A stretch of DNA of 63,909 nt, filler included, from Reticulomyxa filosa (GCA_000512085.1; 25 parts of 25 records of this genome joined end to end with filler, not necessarily neighbours in it); one strand, 5' to 3'; numbered from the whole stretch's first letter, positions 39,383 to 53,128 are shown. Numbers and translations: made by a program. Notes: generated by a model not told the origin, from the sequence alone.

Positions 39383-40739
39383 ATGAGTTGGTTTAAAACT
39401 TCGAATCCCTCACAATCTTCCACAAAGACTTACGAGAAAGTGGATAAATTCAACCAAAAGGTGTGGCATTTCCACGGTGACATAACAAAGCTGAACATTG
39501 GGTGTATAGTGAACGCGGCAAATGATGGACTATGGGCTGGCGGAGGTGTGTGTGGAGCGATCTTTAGCGCGTCTCGAGCGCCTCACTTGTTGGGACAAGA
39601 GTGCAACCGAATATTAGAGACCGAATACGCCAAGAATCGTGAGTTGGTACCGACCGGAGAGACGGTGTTGACGAATAGTTACTTCTTGCCATGTCAATAT
39701 CTGTTGCATAGTGTGGGGCCCATGAGAGAGGACAAAAAACTACTGAAGCGTTGCTACGAAACGATACTAAACCTGTGTCACGAAGTTTTGATTTTGTTTG
39801 TTTAGATAATAACAAGTAATGAAAAGTAAACAAATGTAAAAAAAAAAAAAAAAAAAAGAATGAGTTACGTAGCGTGGCAATCCCTTGCATATCGACGGGC
39901 ATATTTGGCTTTGACAGCGAATTGGCGTGCGAATGTGCATTGGAAGCGGTTCGTGAGTGGTTTGAAAAGGCCGACAAGCGTCGATCAAAGAGTGAAAAGA
40001 AGAAGAAGAGAGCAAGAACCAAGGCCCAGGAATGGCTAAAGCAGGCGCATCTGCATGGCAAGTATTCCAATCCAGAGGACAAGGAGATGAGAGCCTTTCA
40101 CCATGGCAACACTCGCGAGGACAAACAGCAATCGCAACTCACGGAGTTGGACGAAATTGATCAAGTCATCTTTGTCACGTTTTTGGAAAAGGATAAAAAG
40201 TATTACACACAAAATCTTGAAGTCTTTTTCCCTGGATATCGACAGTCTCTTCAAGATAGAAATAATGACAAAGAAAAAAACAAAGACAAAGAAAAAAACA
40301 AAGAAAAAGAAAAAAACAAAGAAAAAGAAAAAGAAAAAGAAAAAGAGCATAAAAGTGAAAAAGAAAAGGACGAAAACAAAGATCCAAATCAGGATGGACA
40401 TGCAACTGAAAATACAAATGCAACTGAAAACGCAAAGGGAATTGAAAATGCAAATACAAATACAAATACAAATGAAAAAGATGAGGTTGTGGAGATGAAA
40501 GAAAAAAGTGAAGACCAAGCCCGTGGCCAGGCTCAATCTGCTGAACAGCCTCAGGCCACTCATAGCCATCCAATGTCTCAGGATGTCAATGACAATGATC
40601 ATCACAAGGACAAACAAGAAAAAATCGAAAGTCATTCAACTGTCTCTGTCGAATCTGCTTCTCCTCAAGTCGATCCAACTCATGCTCACGATGCTAATGC
40701 CAATGCCAATATCAATACCAATACCAATACCAATACCAA
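39383..40739 (+). CDS. MacroD-type macrodomain protein (ADP-ribosyl hydrolase) with a KE/N-rich tail, 3'-partial; intron 39785-39858
   Basis: GDITKL..IVNAAN..L.AGGGVCGAIF; TGETVLT..Y.LPC.YLLHSVGP; VAIPCISTGIFGF. Confidence 0.93.
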
Positions 40740-40839
40740 NNNNNNNNNNNNNNNNNNNNNNNNNNNNNNNNNNNNNNNNNNNNTTAATTAATTAANNNNN
40801 NNNNNNNNNNNNNNNNNNNNNNNNNNNNNNNNNNNNNNN

Positions 40840-42402
40840 TCCAATCTTATCAATCATTTCACGTTGTTTAACTTTGTCATCGTGTATCATATTTCTTAAA
40901 ACAAAGACTATGATAGGTTTCTTATTCATGCACATTTTAAGTTCTTTTGCAGCGAAAAGGGACATTGAAATAATTCGTTTCATTGATTTGTTCATTTCTT
41001 CATTAACATTGACGATCATAACTTGAGAAAGAGCCATTGCCAAAATGGTCATTTGTTTGTCAAATTTGTCATCTTTTCTCTCAATGGAAAGCAATCCTTC
41101 GGAATCGAGGATGAGACACTCTTGGGCCTTTTCATAATTAGTCTTAAAATACGAAGCATATAACCCTTGTGTGCACCTTCCTGCACTCATTTGAAAGCTT
41201 GTGTTAAATAAGAAATTCAAAAGTGTTGATTTTCCAGTACTTTGTGGACCAATAATAGAAATTACAAACAATTCTTTTTTGTCGTGTTCGCCATGGATAG
41301 AACCAAATAATCTGTTCAAAGCGTTATAATTAATCTGGCTGTTGTTTCCATCAATCAATTCAAATTCTCCTCCTTGCTTTACGTATTCCAAATATCCATC
41401 AAAAAACTTGTCCACGTCAAAACTATCTTTGTTTTCAAACTTGTCAAGATTTTCATACACGTGTATCAATTCTCTCCAAAAATGCTCACGATTGATTCTC
41501 ATTACATCAAGGATTTGACCTAGCTCTGCAATTTTGTCTCCATATGAACCAAAAATCTTTTTTAAACTTTTCCACTTCAAATGGTTTTAATATTTTTGTA
41601 GGATCAATTTCTGCATTATTCGTTTTTTTAACCTCCTCTTCGTGATTTTTGAGTTGATTTTCTGTTTGCTGTCTTTTGCTTTTTAGATAGCTTCTTTCTT
41701 TCAAAATTGGCTCGATTAAAGGTTTTTGCCATAAAATAATTGCATTTTCAAATAATACTCTTTTTAGGTTATCCTTTTCTTGTATTATTTTGTTATACAA
41801 TGTAACCAATGGATGATGTTGTATGCTTGCGTATTCTTTTTTTAGTTCATCCAATTGTCTTTGATTTTCAATTATAATCTGCATTCTCTTATTATATTCC
41901 ATTGACATGGGCAAATTCCTACCTTCTTCAGCCAACTTATCCGCTTTTGCACGTGTACTAAGAGATCGAAATATCTTTTGATGGAGATTTGGAGTCGAGT
42001 CGGAAGTCTTTTCGTCTGATTCGTTTTGGAGCAATTTATTGAGCTCACTCAAAAACTTTTTCACATCTTCATTCAATGTGTTAACGACCAAATTGTTTGT
42101 GCTTGAATGTTCATTTAAAATTTGCATTCTATTTTCAAACTTAAAATATCCATTCACATGTCGAGGAGGCGGATTAGCCGATGCAGGCACTTTGAAATGT
42201 TCACTTTTCGTAATTTTTTGGATATGTTTTCGTAAGGCATTTAATTTGGCGTTAAAGACATCCGTTTCAGTTATCTCTGGAATTGCTAAAATATTGTTCA
42301 CCGGGATTTTCAACTCTTTCATAATCTTTAATTTCAAAGGTCCATCAATTGTAGGACAATCTCGTAAAATACAAATAATTTGCTCTTTTTTGAATTTTAA
42401 GT
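40840..42402 (-). CDS. VLIG/GVIN1/URGCP-type very large GTPase, partial, one frameshift in an A-run about 41560
   Basis: EHFWRELIHVYE; ELIDG; VISIIGPQSTGKSTLLNFLF..F..SAGRCTQG; ILDSEGL; MALSQVMIVNV; FVLRN. Confidence 0.9.
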
Positions 42403-42502
42403 NNNNNNNNNNNNNNNNNNNNNNNNNNNNNNNNNNNNNNNNNNNNTTAATTAATTAANNNNNNNNNNNNNNNNNNNNNNNNNNNNNNNNNNNNNNNNNN
42501 NN

Positions 42503-43634
42503 AAAAAAAAAGAGTATCAAACCGTCGTATTCATCATCCTTGGCCCACCTGGCCTGATAGGCATAAATCGAATGCGTGAGATGAACCTTTTGCTGGTTGA
42601 TGGCGGGAACCATCGTTGGGTCCGTGAAATTACGTGAGTTGTCCTCGTCACTGTCAAAGTATTTGGACAATGTTTCACGGCTCAAACTATGATTTCCATC
42701 GCTTGAGTATGTACTGCCATAAATTGGTTTCGATTTCAACCTTGGCTCATCATTCGTCAAATTCGTAGTAATTTCTTTTTTCTTTTTATTCATTTATTTT
42801 TTTTTCCCCCCCCCCCCAGGTATGTAAGTGTATGGTCGAGAATAGAACAGAGAGAAAAAAAAAAAAAAAAAAAAATTCAATAAAATACATCCAAGGAACT
42901 TTTGGTGGTTCTTCAACTACCATGTCAGACATTGAAAATAATTCATGCTCCACGATGGAGTTGGCATTAAGGACTTGGCTGCTTTTCGTCGCATGTGCCG
43001 ACAGTAGTGGGTCAAACGAACTTGCGTTTGGATTTAACAACAGCAAATTTTCATTCTCTTTTTCGCCTTTCGTCTCACTATGCGCTGGACCTTTCCTTGT
43101 TGCTTTTAAAACACCTCCCACTTCGTTGCCATCATTGTCGTCGGCGCCCAACAAAGACGACAGAATCACGTCCAAATCGCTTCCCCAGATTTTTTTTTTT
43201 TTTTTTTTTACATTTTTTCATTTTTTTTTAGTTTGAAAAATAAAATACTGCATGTTTCTTAGTGAGATTTAACTTGGAACTCGTAGTCATGATTTTGTTA
43301 TGGGTTGATCTTGTTGCTTTTGTATGCGTGCTTAGAGTAGAAACAGAAACAGGGCCAATTCAATTTTTTTCGACCAAGACCAAAGTCAAAAACAAGTAAA
43401 CTTACTGAGTTGCTGGAATAACGTCACCTAATAACACTGCAAAAACACGTACAAAATACAAATCGTAAAAAAAGAGCAAATATTCCAAAGCCCCTGTTAA
43501 TTTTACCGTTCGGTTGAAAAAATAAATTGCCTTCCTTCTAAGTCGCTAGTTTTTCGTTAGGGCACTGGGGCAACAATATTTCAGTTTACAATAAGCAAGA
43601 CTACTTACCTGGACAAGTTTTAACAGCAAACTCA
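42503..43634 (-). CDS. Hypothetical multi-exon protein, 3'-partial
   Basis: Coding-like exons bounded by GT-AG; no family recognised. Confidence 0.5.
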
Positions 43635-44013
43635 TTTTTGATTTTTTTTTTGTATAGTTTGATTCATTCGAATGAATGTGGCTAACTTGTGAATGAATCA
43701 AAATAGCTATATTATTTGAAAAATTGGGACGAGTGGTGTAAAGATTCAATCTAAACTCCAAAAACAATGTGCACAATGAAAGACTTTCTTGAGTCAGAAA
43801 TGGATTTGAAAATTGGAGAAGAAAAGAAGACAACACACGAAAGACCACCGGTGCATTCCACTGAGGACGAAGAGGCTAAGCGTATGTAAATGTGAACGCA
43901 AAAAAGAAGATGAAATGATGCATTAAGTTAAAAAAAAAAAAAAAGGAATTTGAACATCAAATCTTCATTCTGTCTATTTGTATGTGTGGATTTGCTGACT
44001 GTTCGAAGACGGA

Positions 44014-44972
44014 CTAGTCTCCTCCAGGTAAAGAAACGCTAGAAAAGTCCATCAAATCTTTATTTCGACCGGCCTTGGATTGCGAGAGATGTCTATGAGA
44101 CAAGACAGTGTTGCGATGTAATGAAGGGTCGGCAGTGACAGCAGAAGTCGTGGTGGCCGTGGTAGTGGGACTGGCAACAATGTTGCCATTTCGCAAATTT
44201 TGGTGTTCAGTAGTAATGGTAATGAGTTCAAAAGGAGCAGAAGATGAGCATGTGGTATCGGCATTGGAATGCACATTGTTCGAGATTGTCTTTTCATCAT
44301 GCATTTTGCGATAATTTCCAAAATCGTGTTTTTTTTGCGGTTTTTGCCTTTTTTGTGGATGTGCTGATACATGAAGAAGCCAACCAATGCCAAGGCCATG
44401 CCCAAGCCATTGTAAAAGGTCACAACATTACCAAAATATAATATCGAAAACAATATTATGAAAAAGCGTTTGCTTGTATTTGCGACCTGATGAGCCACTG
44501 TCGTTACTATATTGAAGTATGTGTATATTATACATATAAGTATATATATATATATATGTATATACATATATATATATATATACTTATATGTATAATATAC
44601 ACATATATTTATATATGTGCATATATACGTATATAGCTGTAAGTATGCATTAGCTATATAACATACCTCTTTCAAGCAAGAACAGCGATGCCATGGTTTG
44701 GCCATACAAGCAAACACAACTGAAGATGATCCCCATGACAGGCAAATGCAAAGGTGTAGAAAGGACGTTCGAGTGAACGCCGTTGGCATCGACTGTGTCA
44801 ATCTGTCGTGGGATGTATGCGTTCCACATCCCACTCCCTTCGGTTATCAATGCCAATGGCAACAAAAATAATAACGCCAATATCGAGCCGTACATGTGCA
44901 ATTCCATCGGCGTTATTACGCCACTGTATCCGTCCAGCACTGACTTGGAACTCACGTTTTGAAACACTCCTA
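44014..44972 (-). CDS. TPT/SLC35E-family (drug/metabolite superfamily) transporter, 5'-partial
   Basis: FQNVSSKSVL; QTMASLFLLE; TTVAHQVANTSKRFFIILFSILYFGNVVTFYNGLGMALALVGFFMY; microsatellite intron about 44510-44665. Confidence 0.85.
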
Positions 44973-45399
44973 TTCATTTGATTTTTGTATTCAAAATAAT
45001 AATAANNNNNNNNNNNNNNNNNNNNNNNNNNNNNNNNNNNNNNNNNNNNTTAATTAATTAANNNNNNNNNNNNNNNNNNNNNNNNNNNNNNNNNNNNNNN
45101 NNNNNGACTTTGAGAAATTTTGTTCTTGATCGATTTCGATAACACATATATAGTCTTGGTAAAAAGCGTGACTGCGTGACTCACCTCCAAGAGATTATTG
45201 TGTTGATCCATATTGTCTCTATGGACGGGCATGCCTTGCTTCTCACGATATGTCCATATTTCTTTGACTGATAGGTCGTCATCATTATTTTCATTATACG
45301 GTCCATTGCCGCTTGCCACTATTTATTGACATTTTTGTCTTTTCTCTTTCATTTCTTTTTTTTTTTTTTTTTTCCTTTTATACTTTCTTTAATTTTATC

Positions 45400-47360
45400 T
45401 TCCTCTTTCTCTCTATCCAAACCTAAAAGAAATCACCATGTTCACACTGCCTTGGTTGATACATATTACAACCACTGACAAAATGATACAAAGAACGTAT
45501 AAATCCACATCGACAGTGAAATACAACACTTTGGTTCATCAAATGGAGTTTTTATCCTTCGCGATACCAATTTCACACGTTTTTTTCTGAAATTGAAGTT
45601 TTCTGCGGCATAGTGTCAACTTGGCTATCTCCGCAATTCTCTGCTACCGTTTTCCAATGGTAAAATCACATTTAACATTCATCACAATCACTATAAAGAT
45701 TTTCTTGTTCCTTTCTTTAATTGTATGTATTGCATGTATTGATTTGTAGACTTATCCACTTTTTGAGATGTAATTGCGATATAATACCAAGAGAAAACAG
45801 AGTTGGAAAATGACACAGTCGCAATGCATTCAGTCGATGGATACAAATTCAACAGCCAAAAGACGTAGCCTTCATTATATACGCTGATACGCTGCTTTGG
45901 ACGACTTGCTTGCAATATCTGAGGTTTTTTTTTTTTTTACCTGGGCTTGATGGAACAAAAATCTTTTGGATTGTTGTATCAGTGCGTTCAAATATGCGGC
46001 TACAGTCAATTGCTTTTTTTTTCGTACATGTCAATGATAACCATGAGACAAACTAGTCCATATATACGATTTTTGTGAGTTGAATGAACCATTTTTCGCA
46101 TTGCATGGATTACATGAAAAATAATATTGTCGTCGTCCCAGCCATATTTTGCAATGCATCGTACAGATTGCATTCTCCATTCGATTACAATATTGGACAT
46201 GTGGAATTTGATTTTGTGCCATCCAGCTGGACGATTGTTTGTTTTGAAATAAAATTGTGTAAATATATTCAGAAGATACGACAATTGAGATCCCAAATTG
46301 CAAATATCGATGGATGTATTATTTTGATTGAGCGGTGACCTTTTTCGTAACACGTGCTCGAACTTGCTGTTAAACTTTGACATTGGATTCTTGATTGCAC
46401 GAGTCGGGTTGGTGTTTGAGAATAGATAAGGCCAAATCTTTTGCACATTTTTGTATAATTGGCAATCAAATTGAAAGTGAGTCCGAAAATATGATCAACC
46501 AATATCCATATGCTCTCGACACGTTTATACGCAATAGAGCCATAATTTCCACCAACTTTGGTGTCGATAAAAAAAGTGGAGCGACAATGGAGCAGCAGTA
46601 GAATTAAATGCATACGGTGAAAATGATGGCATTGCAAACTGCACTACAAGCAGTAAATTCTGTGCAATGCACACTCCTTTTTCTAATACTCCAAATCGCA
46701 TATATATATATATATATATATCCATGTTTTACAAGAAGATGAGACATAAGGTGACTCCAAATTGAAATAAGAGATTGTTGCGATTCATCACAAGACTTCC
46801 CTTAACTGTTTGGTTTCCAGCCATTGCATCGTTCCATGTTCACAACTAAAATAATTGGCTGAAGATATATTCGCATCATTCACCCGAGTACAATCACACT
46901 AATAACATTTCCACATCCTTCGTCGTATTCACAGGCCAAATTCGCTCCTATGCGCACTACAATTATTGTTGCACAACTGCGTACCGTGAGTTTGCAATGG
47001 CCCATCTTTGTCGCTTGTTAATGTTTCAGTTGTTGATGAACCACAACTGCTATAATACATTGATAACCTTCAATACGCATCGTGTTCACAACTGTAGTAC
47101 AAAGGCGTGGCAAGACATTTTATGATGTGTTGTTGAGAATACCAAGAGAGTTACCGTTTGCTCTTGGATTGAAGGGTAAGTGGTTGATATGATTGCTGGG
47201 GGGGGGGGCGTGGTCGAACCAATTTGTGCCAGCATAGGAGGTACTGCCGCAGCGAGTCCAGAAAAAATCTCCGATAGTTTCACGTTGCACCAAAGCCTAT
47301 ACATTGGACTGACAGAGCCAGCGCAAGGGCAATAATAACTGCAAACCAAAAATCCAAATC
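45400..47360 (-). pseudogene. Probable decayed membrane/surface-protein gene
   Basis: Long run of coding-like, partly hydrophobic sequence with intron-like tracts, broken by many stops; family not recognised. Confidence 0.35.
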
Positions 47361-47551
47361 CAAAAATTTTTTGCTGTTTCTCGTGGCATGAACGTACATA
47401 NNNNNNNNNNNNNNNNNNNNNNNNNNNNNNNNNNNNNNNNNNNNTTAATTAATTAANNNNNNNNNNNNNNNNNNNNNNNNNNNNNNNNNNNNNNNNNNNN
47501 ATAATAATAATAATAATAATAATAATAATATATTATTATTATTACAAATAG

Positions 47552-48750
47552 AATGAATTATTATCGCTGCGCAATCAACTGAAAAAACAAAACGATGAGA
47601 TATTAAGGCAAAAAGAACAGTTTGAACAAGAAAGAAACAAATTTGTACAGGAAAAAGCAGAGACCGAAGAAACGCAAAGGAAAATGAGAGACGAAAGAAG
47701 ACAACTGAAAGAACAAATGGAGGAATTCACAATGTTCCAAAAGGACTTTCAGACGAAACAAAAACAATTCCAAGCGGAAATGGCAAAGCAACGAGCGCAA
47801 ATGCAAGAGGAAAGGCTGCGATTGGCCAAAGTGGAGAAGCAACAAATGGCCCGTCAAAAGCGATTGTCCAAGAATTGGGTGATATTGCCTCGAAATTGAT
47901 TGCGAAGGAACAAGAAGACAAAGCGAAACGTGCGGAGCTGGAGGCACGAAAACGCACTGTGGAGTCGAAGGAGCAGAAATTGGAATCGAAAGCTGAATTG
48001 ATCGAAAAGCACCGAGAAGATATTGAAAAGAATCGAGAAGATATTGAAAAACACCGAGAAGAAATTGAAAAGCATCGAGAAGAAATTGAAAAGCAGCGAG
48101 AAGAGACAATCAATATTATTGGAACTAAAGAAGACGAATTGAAACAAAAGCAAGCCGAATTGATTTTGAAAGAAAATGAAATGAATACTCGAGAAGAGGA
48201 ATTGAAATTGAAATTGAGCGAAGTTGAGTTGGACATGACGGAAGCGGAAGAACGAATGCAATATTTGCAAAGTGCCGAAGAAAAAGCTTTGGAAACGTTG
48301 AAGAAAATTCAACAACAAAAAAAAGAAATTCGCACTGAAAAAAAACAATTGAATGAAAAAAAATTGCAATTGTCTTTCCAAGAAAATCAATTGAAAAATA
48401 TGAGTCGAGTTTTGGATGACAAAAAAAGTACCATTGAAAAAGACTTGCAAGCCTTTGGCCAAGATATCAAAAAACAAGACGAGGAATTGGAAATCTCTAT
48501 TGGCAAAGACGCTTTCTTGATTGAATTGTTGCAATCTCCAGAACTTTTGCATAAACTCCAAGTCCAATACAAAAACTCTCAAGCTGAGGTTTCCTCAAAA
48601 CATATCATTGCTTCGCTCCAAGAAGAACAACAACACATCAAAACTGAAATGGAGCAAGTCAAAAAAAAACTCCAACTAAGCTTAGAACAAAATAGTATTT
48701 TGGAAAATAAATTAAAAGAAAAAGAATTATTGCTCATTCAAAAAAGTATA
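47552..48750 (+). CDS. Long coiled-coil protein, partial; 1-base frameshift about 47870
   Basis: E/K/Q/R-rich heptads; 21-bp repeats encoding IEK(H/N)RE(D/E) at about 48001-48105. Confidence 0.75.
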
Positions 48751-48767
48751 TATGTATATACATGTAG

Positions 48768-48810
<43 letters not shown>

Positions 48811-50723
48811 NNNNNNNNNNNNNNNNNNNNNNNNNNNNNNNNNNNNNNNNNNNNTTAATTAATTAANNNNNNNNNNNNNNNNNNNNNNNNNNNNNNNNNN
48901 NNNNNNNNNNGGTTTTTTTTGCTTTCATAGAATCATAACGTATGAATTTAAAACCATTGCCGAACACAAAACAAAAATAAATCTATGTCTATGACCATAT
49001 GCGACCTTTCACGACGTCTCAAGTTTCCGTTTTTAAATATTACATATCTAAAGACCCAAAGTTTAAAAAAGATCTCAGACATTTAGCCCTTTGCTAAATA
49101 GTCAAAACCGCAGTACAGTTGGTTACAAAAGTTTACATTGCAAGCAATGTTTTGATAAGTTCAATGGATGAACATGACGATTTCGTGCTTTGTTTTATGA
49201 AAATGAAATGTGTTGATAAGGTTAAAGTTTTTGCATTTTTTGTTGATGATTTATGTTTGATGTTGTCGTTGCGTTGTTATTTTCTTGCTTAGCATTGTTT
49301 TTTTTTCATGAGTTTTTTGTCACTTGACACGTTTCCATTTAATTTTTTGTAAAGTGTTTTTTTAATAAAGTTTGCAACTTTTTGTTGGCTTAATGTTTTA
49401 TAACTTGCAATTAGTCATTGAATCTGTTGCGCGGTTATTGTGGGTATATAGCTTTTAAATCAAATATTTATGTGTGATGTTATTTTCGTCGTTCTCAATC
49501 TACGTTTCATGAGTCGTGAACATAGATCAATACGATATTTGATTCATGTTTAGAATCTAGTTGCTATTTGCCATGTAAACAACGATATATTTGTGTGAAG
49601 TAAATTAATAGTGATTATATTAGCAGCATGCTACTACATATCACTGTCAATATGACTGATGTGTGTATATATTTATTAGATTTGTTATGCAAAAAATATT
49701 CCAATTTCAATTGTCTACGAATATTCGGTGTTGATTTAGGTGCAGATGTGGAATTATATCATATGTGTCAATTTCAAATTCTAGTAACGGCGTCGTCATA
49801 TGACATTAGATCTATTCGTGCTGCAAATTCAATTGTCAGTATTTATTTCATAAAAACACATTTGCTAGTAATTTAATATTTCATTTAAGAAATAACTATT
49901 TGCAAAAACCGAATGAAAATGTTTTATTTTTACTATTTTGTGGAATTTCAAGGTTAAAGTTAAAAACAAATCAAAAAGTTAAATTTTAAGTGTTACATTC
50001 TTTTAAAAATTACTAAAGATACAGTGATAATTTTTTAATGAATATATTTGACTTGAAGATCCTAAAAAGAAATAAAAAAATTTAAAGATCATAATGTAGA
50101 TACATGTTCAGTTTGCATTCATTGAAAAAATTGAAGCATAGCACTATTTTGTACAAATGAACGACTAAAAAAATAATCTTTTTAAAAAGGTTTAGAAAAT
50201 GTAGTGAACTGAGAAGAACAATTTTGAACAGAAAGTTGATTTATTCCAAAGGGATGGAAAAAAAAAACGTTTCAATCGACTTAATAAATTTTTGTAAAAT
50301 TTGGACACATTTTGTTTTTCCCTTTTGACTGGGGGGAAAAAAAGCACATCCAAAAACAAAACAAAAATCAAAGCGTTCTTTTTTTCTTGTTTACATTATA
50401 TGTTTCAAGAATTTTGACAACAAACAAACCACAAAAGAAACCTTTGAATGTTTCAACAAAGAAAAAGAAAGGGAAAAAGAGGGAAGAAAAATATAAAAAA
50501 AAGCAAAGCAAGGCAAACCAAAGCAAAAAAAAAAAAAAAAAAAAAAAGATGAGCAAATGCAAAAGCAACTTGCAATCAAAATACAGTATCAGTTTTATTT
50601 TGCATATTTTTGATAATAGTTCTNNNNNNNNNNNNNNNNNNNNNNNNNNNNNNNNNNNNNNNNNNNNTTAATTAATTAANNNNNNNNNNNNNNNNNNNNN
50701 NNNNNNNNNNNNNNNNNNNNNNN

Positions 50724-51830
50724 TGATCCAGAACATATCACATTTGAATTACCAATACTATTCTCTATTACAAATGGTGAATATTCAACAGACAAGACAT
50801 TATTTGTATGTCCATTGAACACTTGAATTTGTTTACCAGATCGAATATCCCACAAACGAACACTTGTATCTTTTGATCCAGATAATATTGTATTTAATAA
50901 TTCATTTGATCCATATTTTACACTCCTAATCACATGTTTATGTCCTTTAAATACGTTCAGCTGTTTTGTTGTTTCGATGTCCCATATTCGAATAGTTGTA
51001 TCCCATGATCCAGACAAATTGTATATCCATTTCCGCCAATCATACCAATATTATTAATTTTATTATTATTATTATTTGGTGAAATATCAACACACCAAAC
51101 ACCACTTTCATGTCCATTGAAAACATGTAATGATTTGGATGTTTCAACATCCCATAAACAAACTGTTTGGTCATTAGATCCAGAACACAAATATCTACCA
51201 CCATTAAATGGTGAAAATTTAATTCCATTAACGCAATCAGTGTGTTCATTGAATATTTGTAATTGCTTATTATGCTCGAAATCCCAAAAACGAATGGTTT
51301 TGTCATTTGAAGAAGAACAAATGACATTTTGACGATAACTACGATAATGATATTGTGAAAATTTCACACAAAACACAGAAGATGAATGTCCATTGAGTGA
51401 TTGAATTTGTTTGTTGTTATCAACATCCAATACACGAACTATCCGATCAGCTGATCCAAAACAAATGAATTGACAATCACCAAGTGTTAAACAGTCAATA
51501 CTATTTACACATTTGGTATGTTTAGTGAGTGTATTGACACATTTGGATGACGAACGAAAGGTGTCAAACATAAAGATAGTATATGCCTATGTTAAATAAA
51601 TATTCGAATATTTTGATTAGTATTTAAAAAAGAAAGAATAAATGAACTAACATAATTGACAACAAGTTTGTCAAAATCCTGGATCCATCCTAATCGGACG
51701 TTTAATGTTCTAATCCAATATCTAATAATTTCTTGGATTTCTTCTTCTGGCAGATTTATCTGAAATTCAATCAATCAAACGTTAAGAGTAACTCTTTCTG
51801 AAGGATAGGTTAAAATGAAATGTACCGGTG
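50724..51830 (-). CDS. WD40 protein with lineage-type N-terminal motif, partial; 1-base frameshift about 51018
   Basis: EEIQEIIRYWIRTLNVRLGWIQDFDKLVVNY; NVICSSSNDKTIRFWD; GGRYLCSGSND; GGNGYTICSGSWDTTIRIWD. Confidence 0.9.
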
Positions 51831-52019
51831 NNNNNNNNNNNNNNNNNNNNNNNNNNNNNNNNNNNNNNNNNNNNTTAATTAATTAANNNNNNNNNNNNNN
51901 NNNNNNNNNNNNNNNNNNNNNNNNNNNNNNATTGATCAACTGCTTTTTTGTTTTCAAGATGTTGTTGGATTGAGGGCCACATTTAAAAAAAATAAAGTTT
52001 ACACGAAAACATCTTTAAA

Positions 52020-52356
52020 AAATTATTTTAAAGAAGTTGTTAGAGCAAGATTTTCTCCCAATGGTCTTTTTATTATTTCTTGTTCAAGTGATGGAACTAT
52101 TAGAATATGGGATAGCATTACTGGAAATCAACTAAAAATATTACAAGGACATACCAATTGGGTAAGAGATGTCAGAATTTCACCAGATGGACAAACTATT
52201 ATTTCATGTTCTGATGATAAAACTATTCGTTTATGGGATATACATTCTGATTCACAATTACAAAGATTAGTTGGACATTTTGATTGGGTAAGAGGTCCTG
52301 ATGGTAAAACTTTTGTTTCTGGTCCGAATGATAAAACAATAAGATTATGGGGATGA
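52020..52356 (+). pseudogene. WD40 gene fragment with an internally deleted last repeat
   Basis: GHTNWVRDVRISPDG...; GHFDWVRG^PDG lacks the VxFS segment; early stop. Confidence 0.7.
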
Positions 52357-53128
52357 CAACAATTGATGAACGAACAAATCAAAAAATTGCTTTGTTTGAA
52401 AACAGAACATTCAGTAACTGTAAATACATTTTTTGCTTTTGAGATTTTGCAAAAATATCTGATGAGACTTATGTTACTTTTTGCACGATGTGGAAACAAA
52501 TTTCTCCACTGAAAGTTTTTTCATCAAGAGGAACCAATTATCGTTCCTTCTTTGTTAACTTAGTCTTTGGGAGTATTTCTAAAGGTAAGTTTCCTTTTTT
52601 TTACATTGACACCAAATCGGAAGCGAAAATAATTACAGCTGATTTACGAACAGTGTATGAAATTATCATCTCATATTTGGCTAGCGAAAAAATTTTGAAA
52701 GATATACTAAATCATGAGATTGCCAGCGTTGTCATGTCGTATTTACCCCGTGGATTAAGTTTAAAAATCGAACATAAGCGCTCTGGTTACAAGCCTCTCG
52801 TTAGTGATAATTTAGCTGTTGAGACGATTGGAGAATTGTGGTTTGCTTTACTTTGTAAATTTTATTGACTGGATATGAAAAAATGAAAATCGCGCCAGTC
52901 AATGCGCAAATTATAGAATGGTAAGAGATAAAACAAATTTGGAAAGACCAATCTTGTTTTTCCAATTTCTTCAAGGGAACACAAACAAATATTAATGTGT
53001 TTAACAAAAAAAAAGGTCTTTGTCGAGCAAAAACGTTTATTATTATTTTGTTCTTCCCTCAAAGAAACCCCTTACTTCTTGTTTCTTTTTTTTGTTTTAT
53101 TTTTCTCCTTCTTCCCTTTTCTCTTTTT

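Noticed and set aside
37060-42402. Apparent cluster of ART, ubiquitin, macrodomain and VLIG genes as a defence island
   Set aside because: Split over three contigs by artificial spacers; only the ubiquitin remnant and macrodomain share a contig
48911-50623. Possible gene or element in this contig
   Set aside because: Only short low-complexity ORFs; nothing supportable
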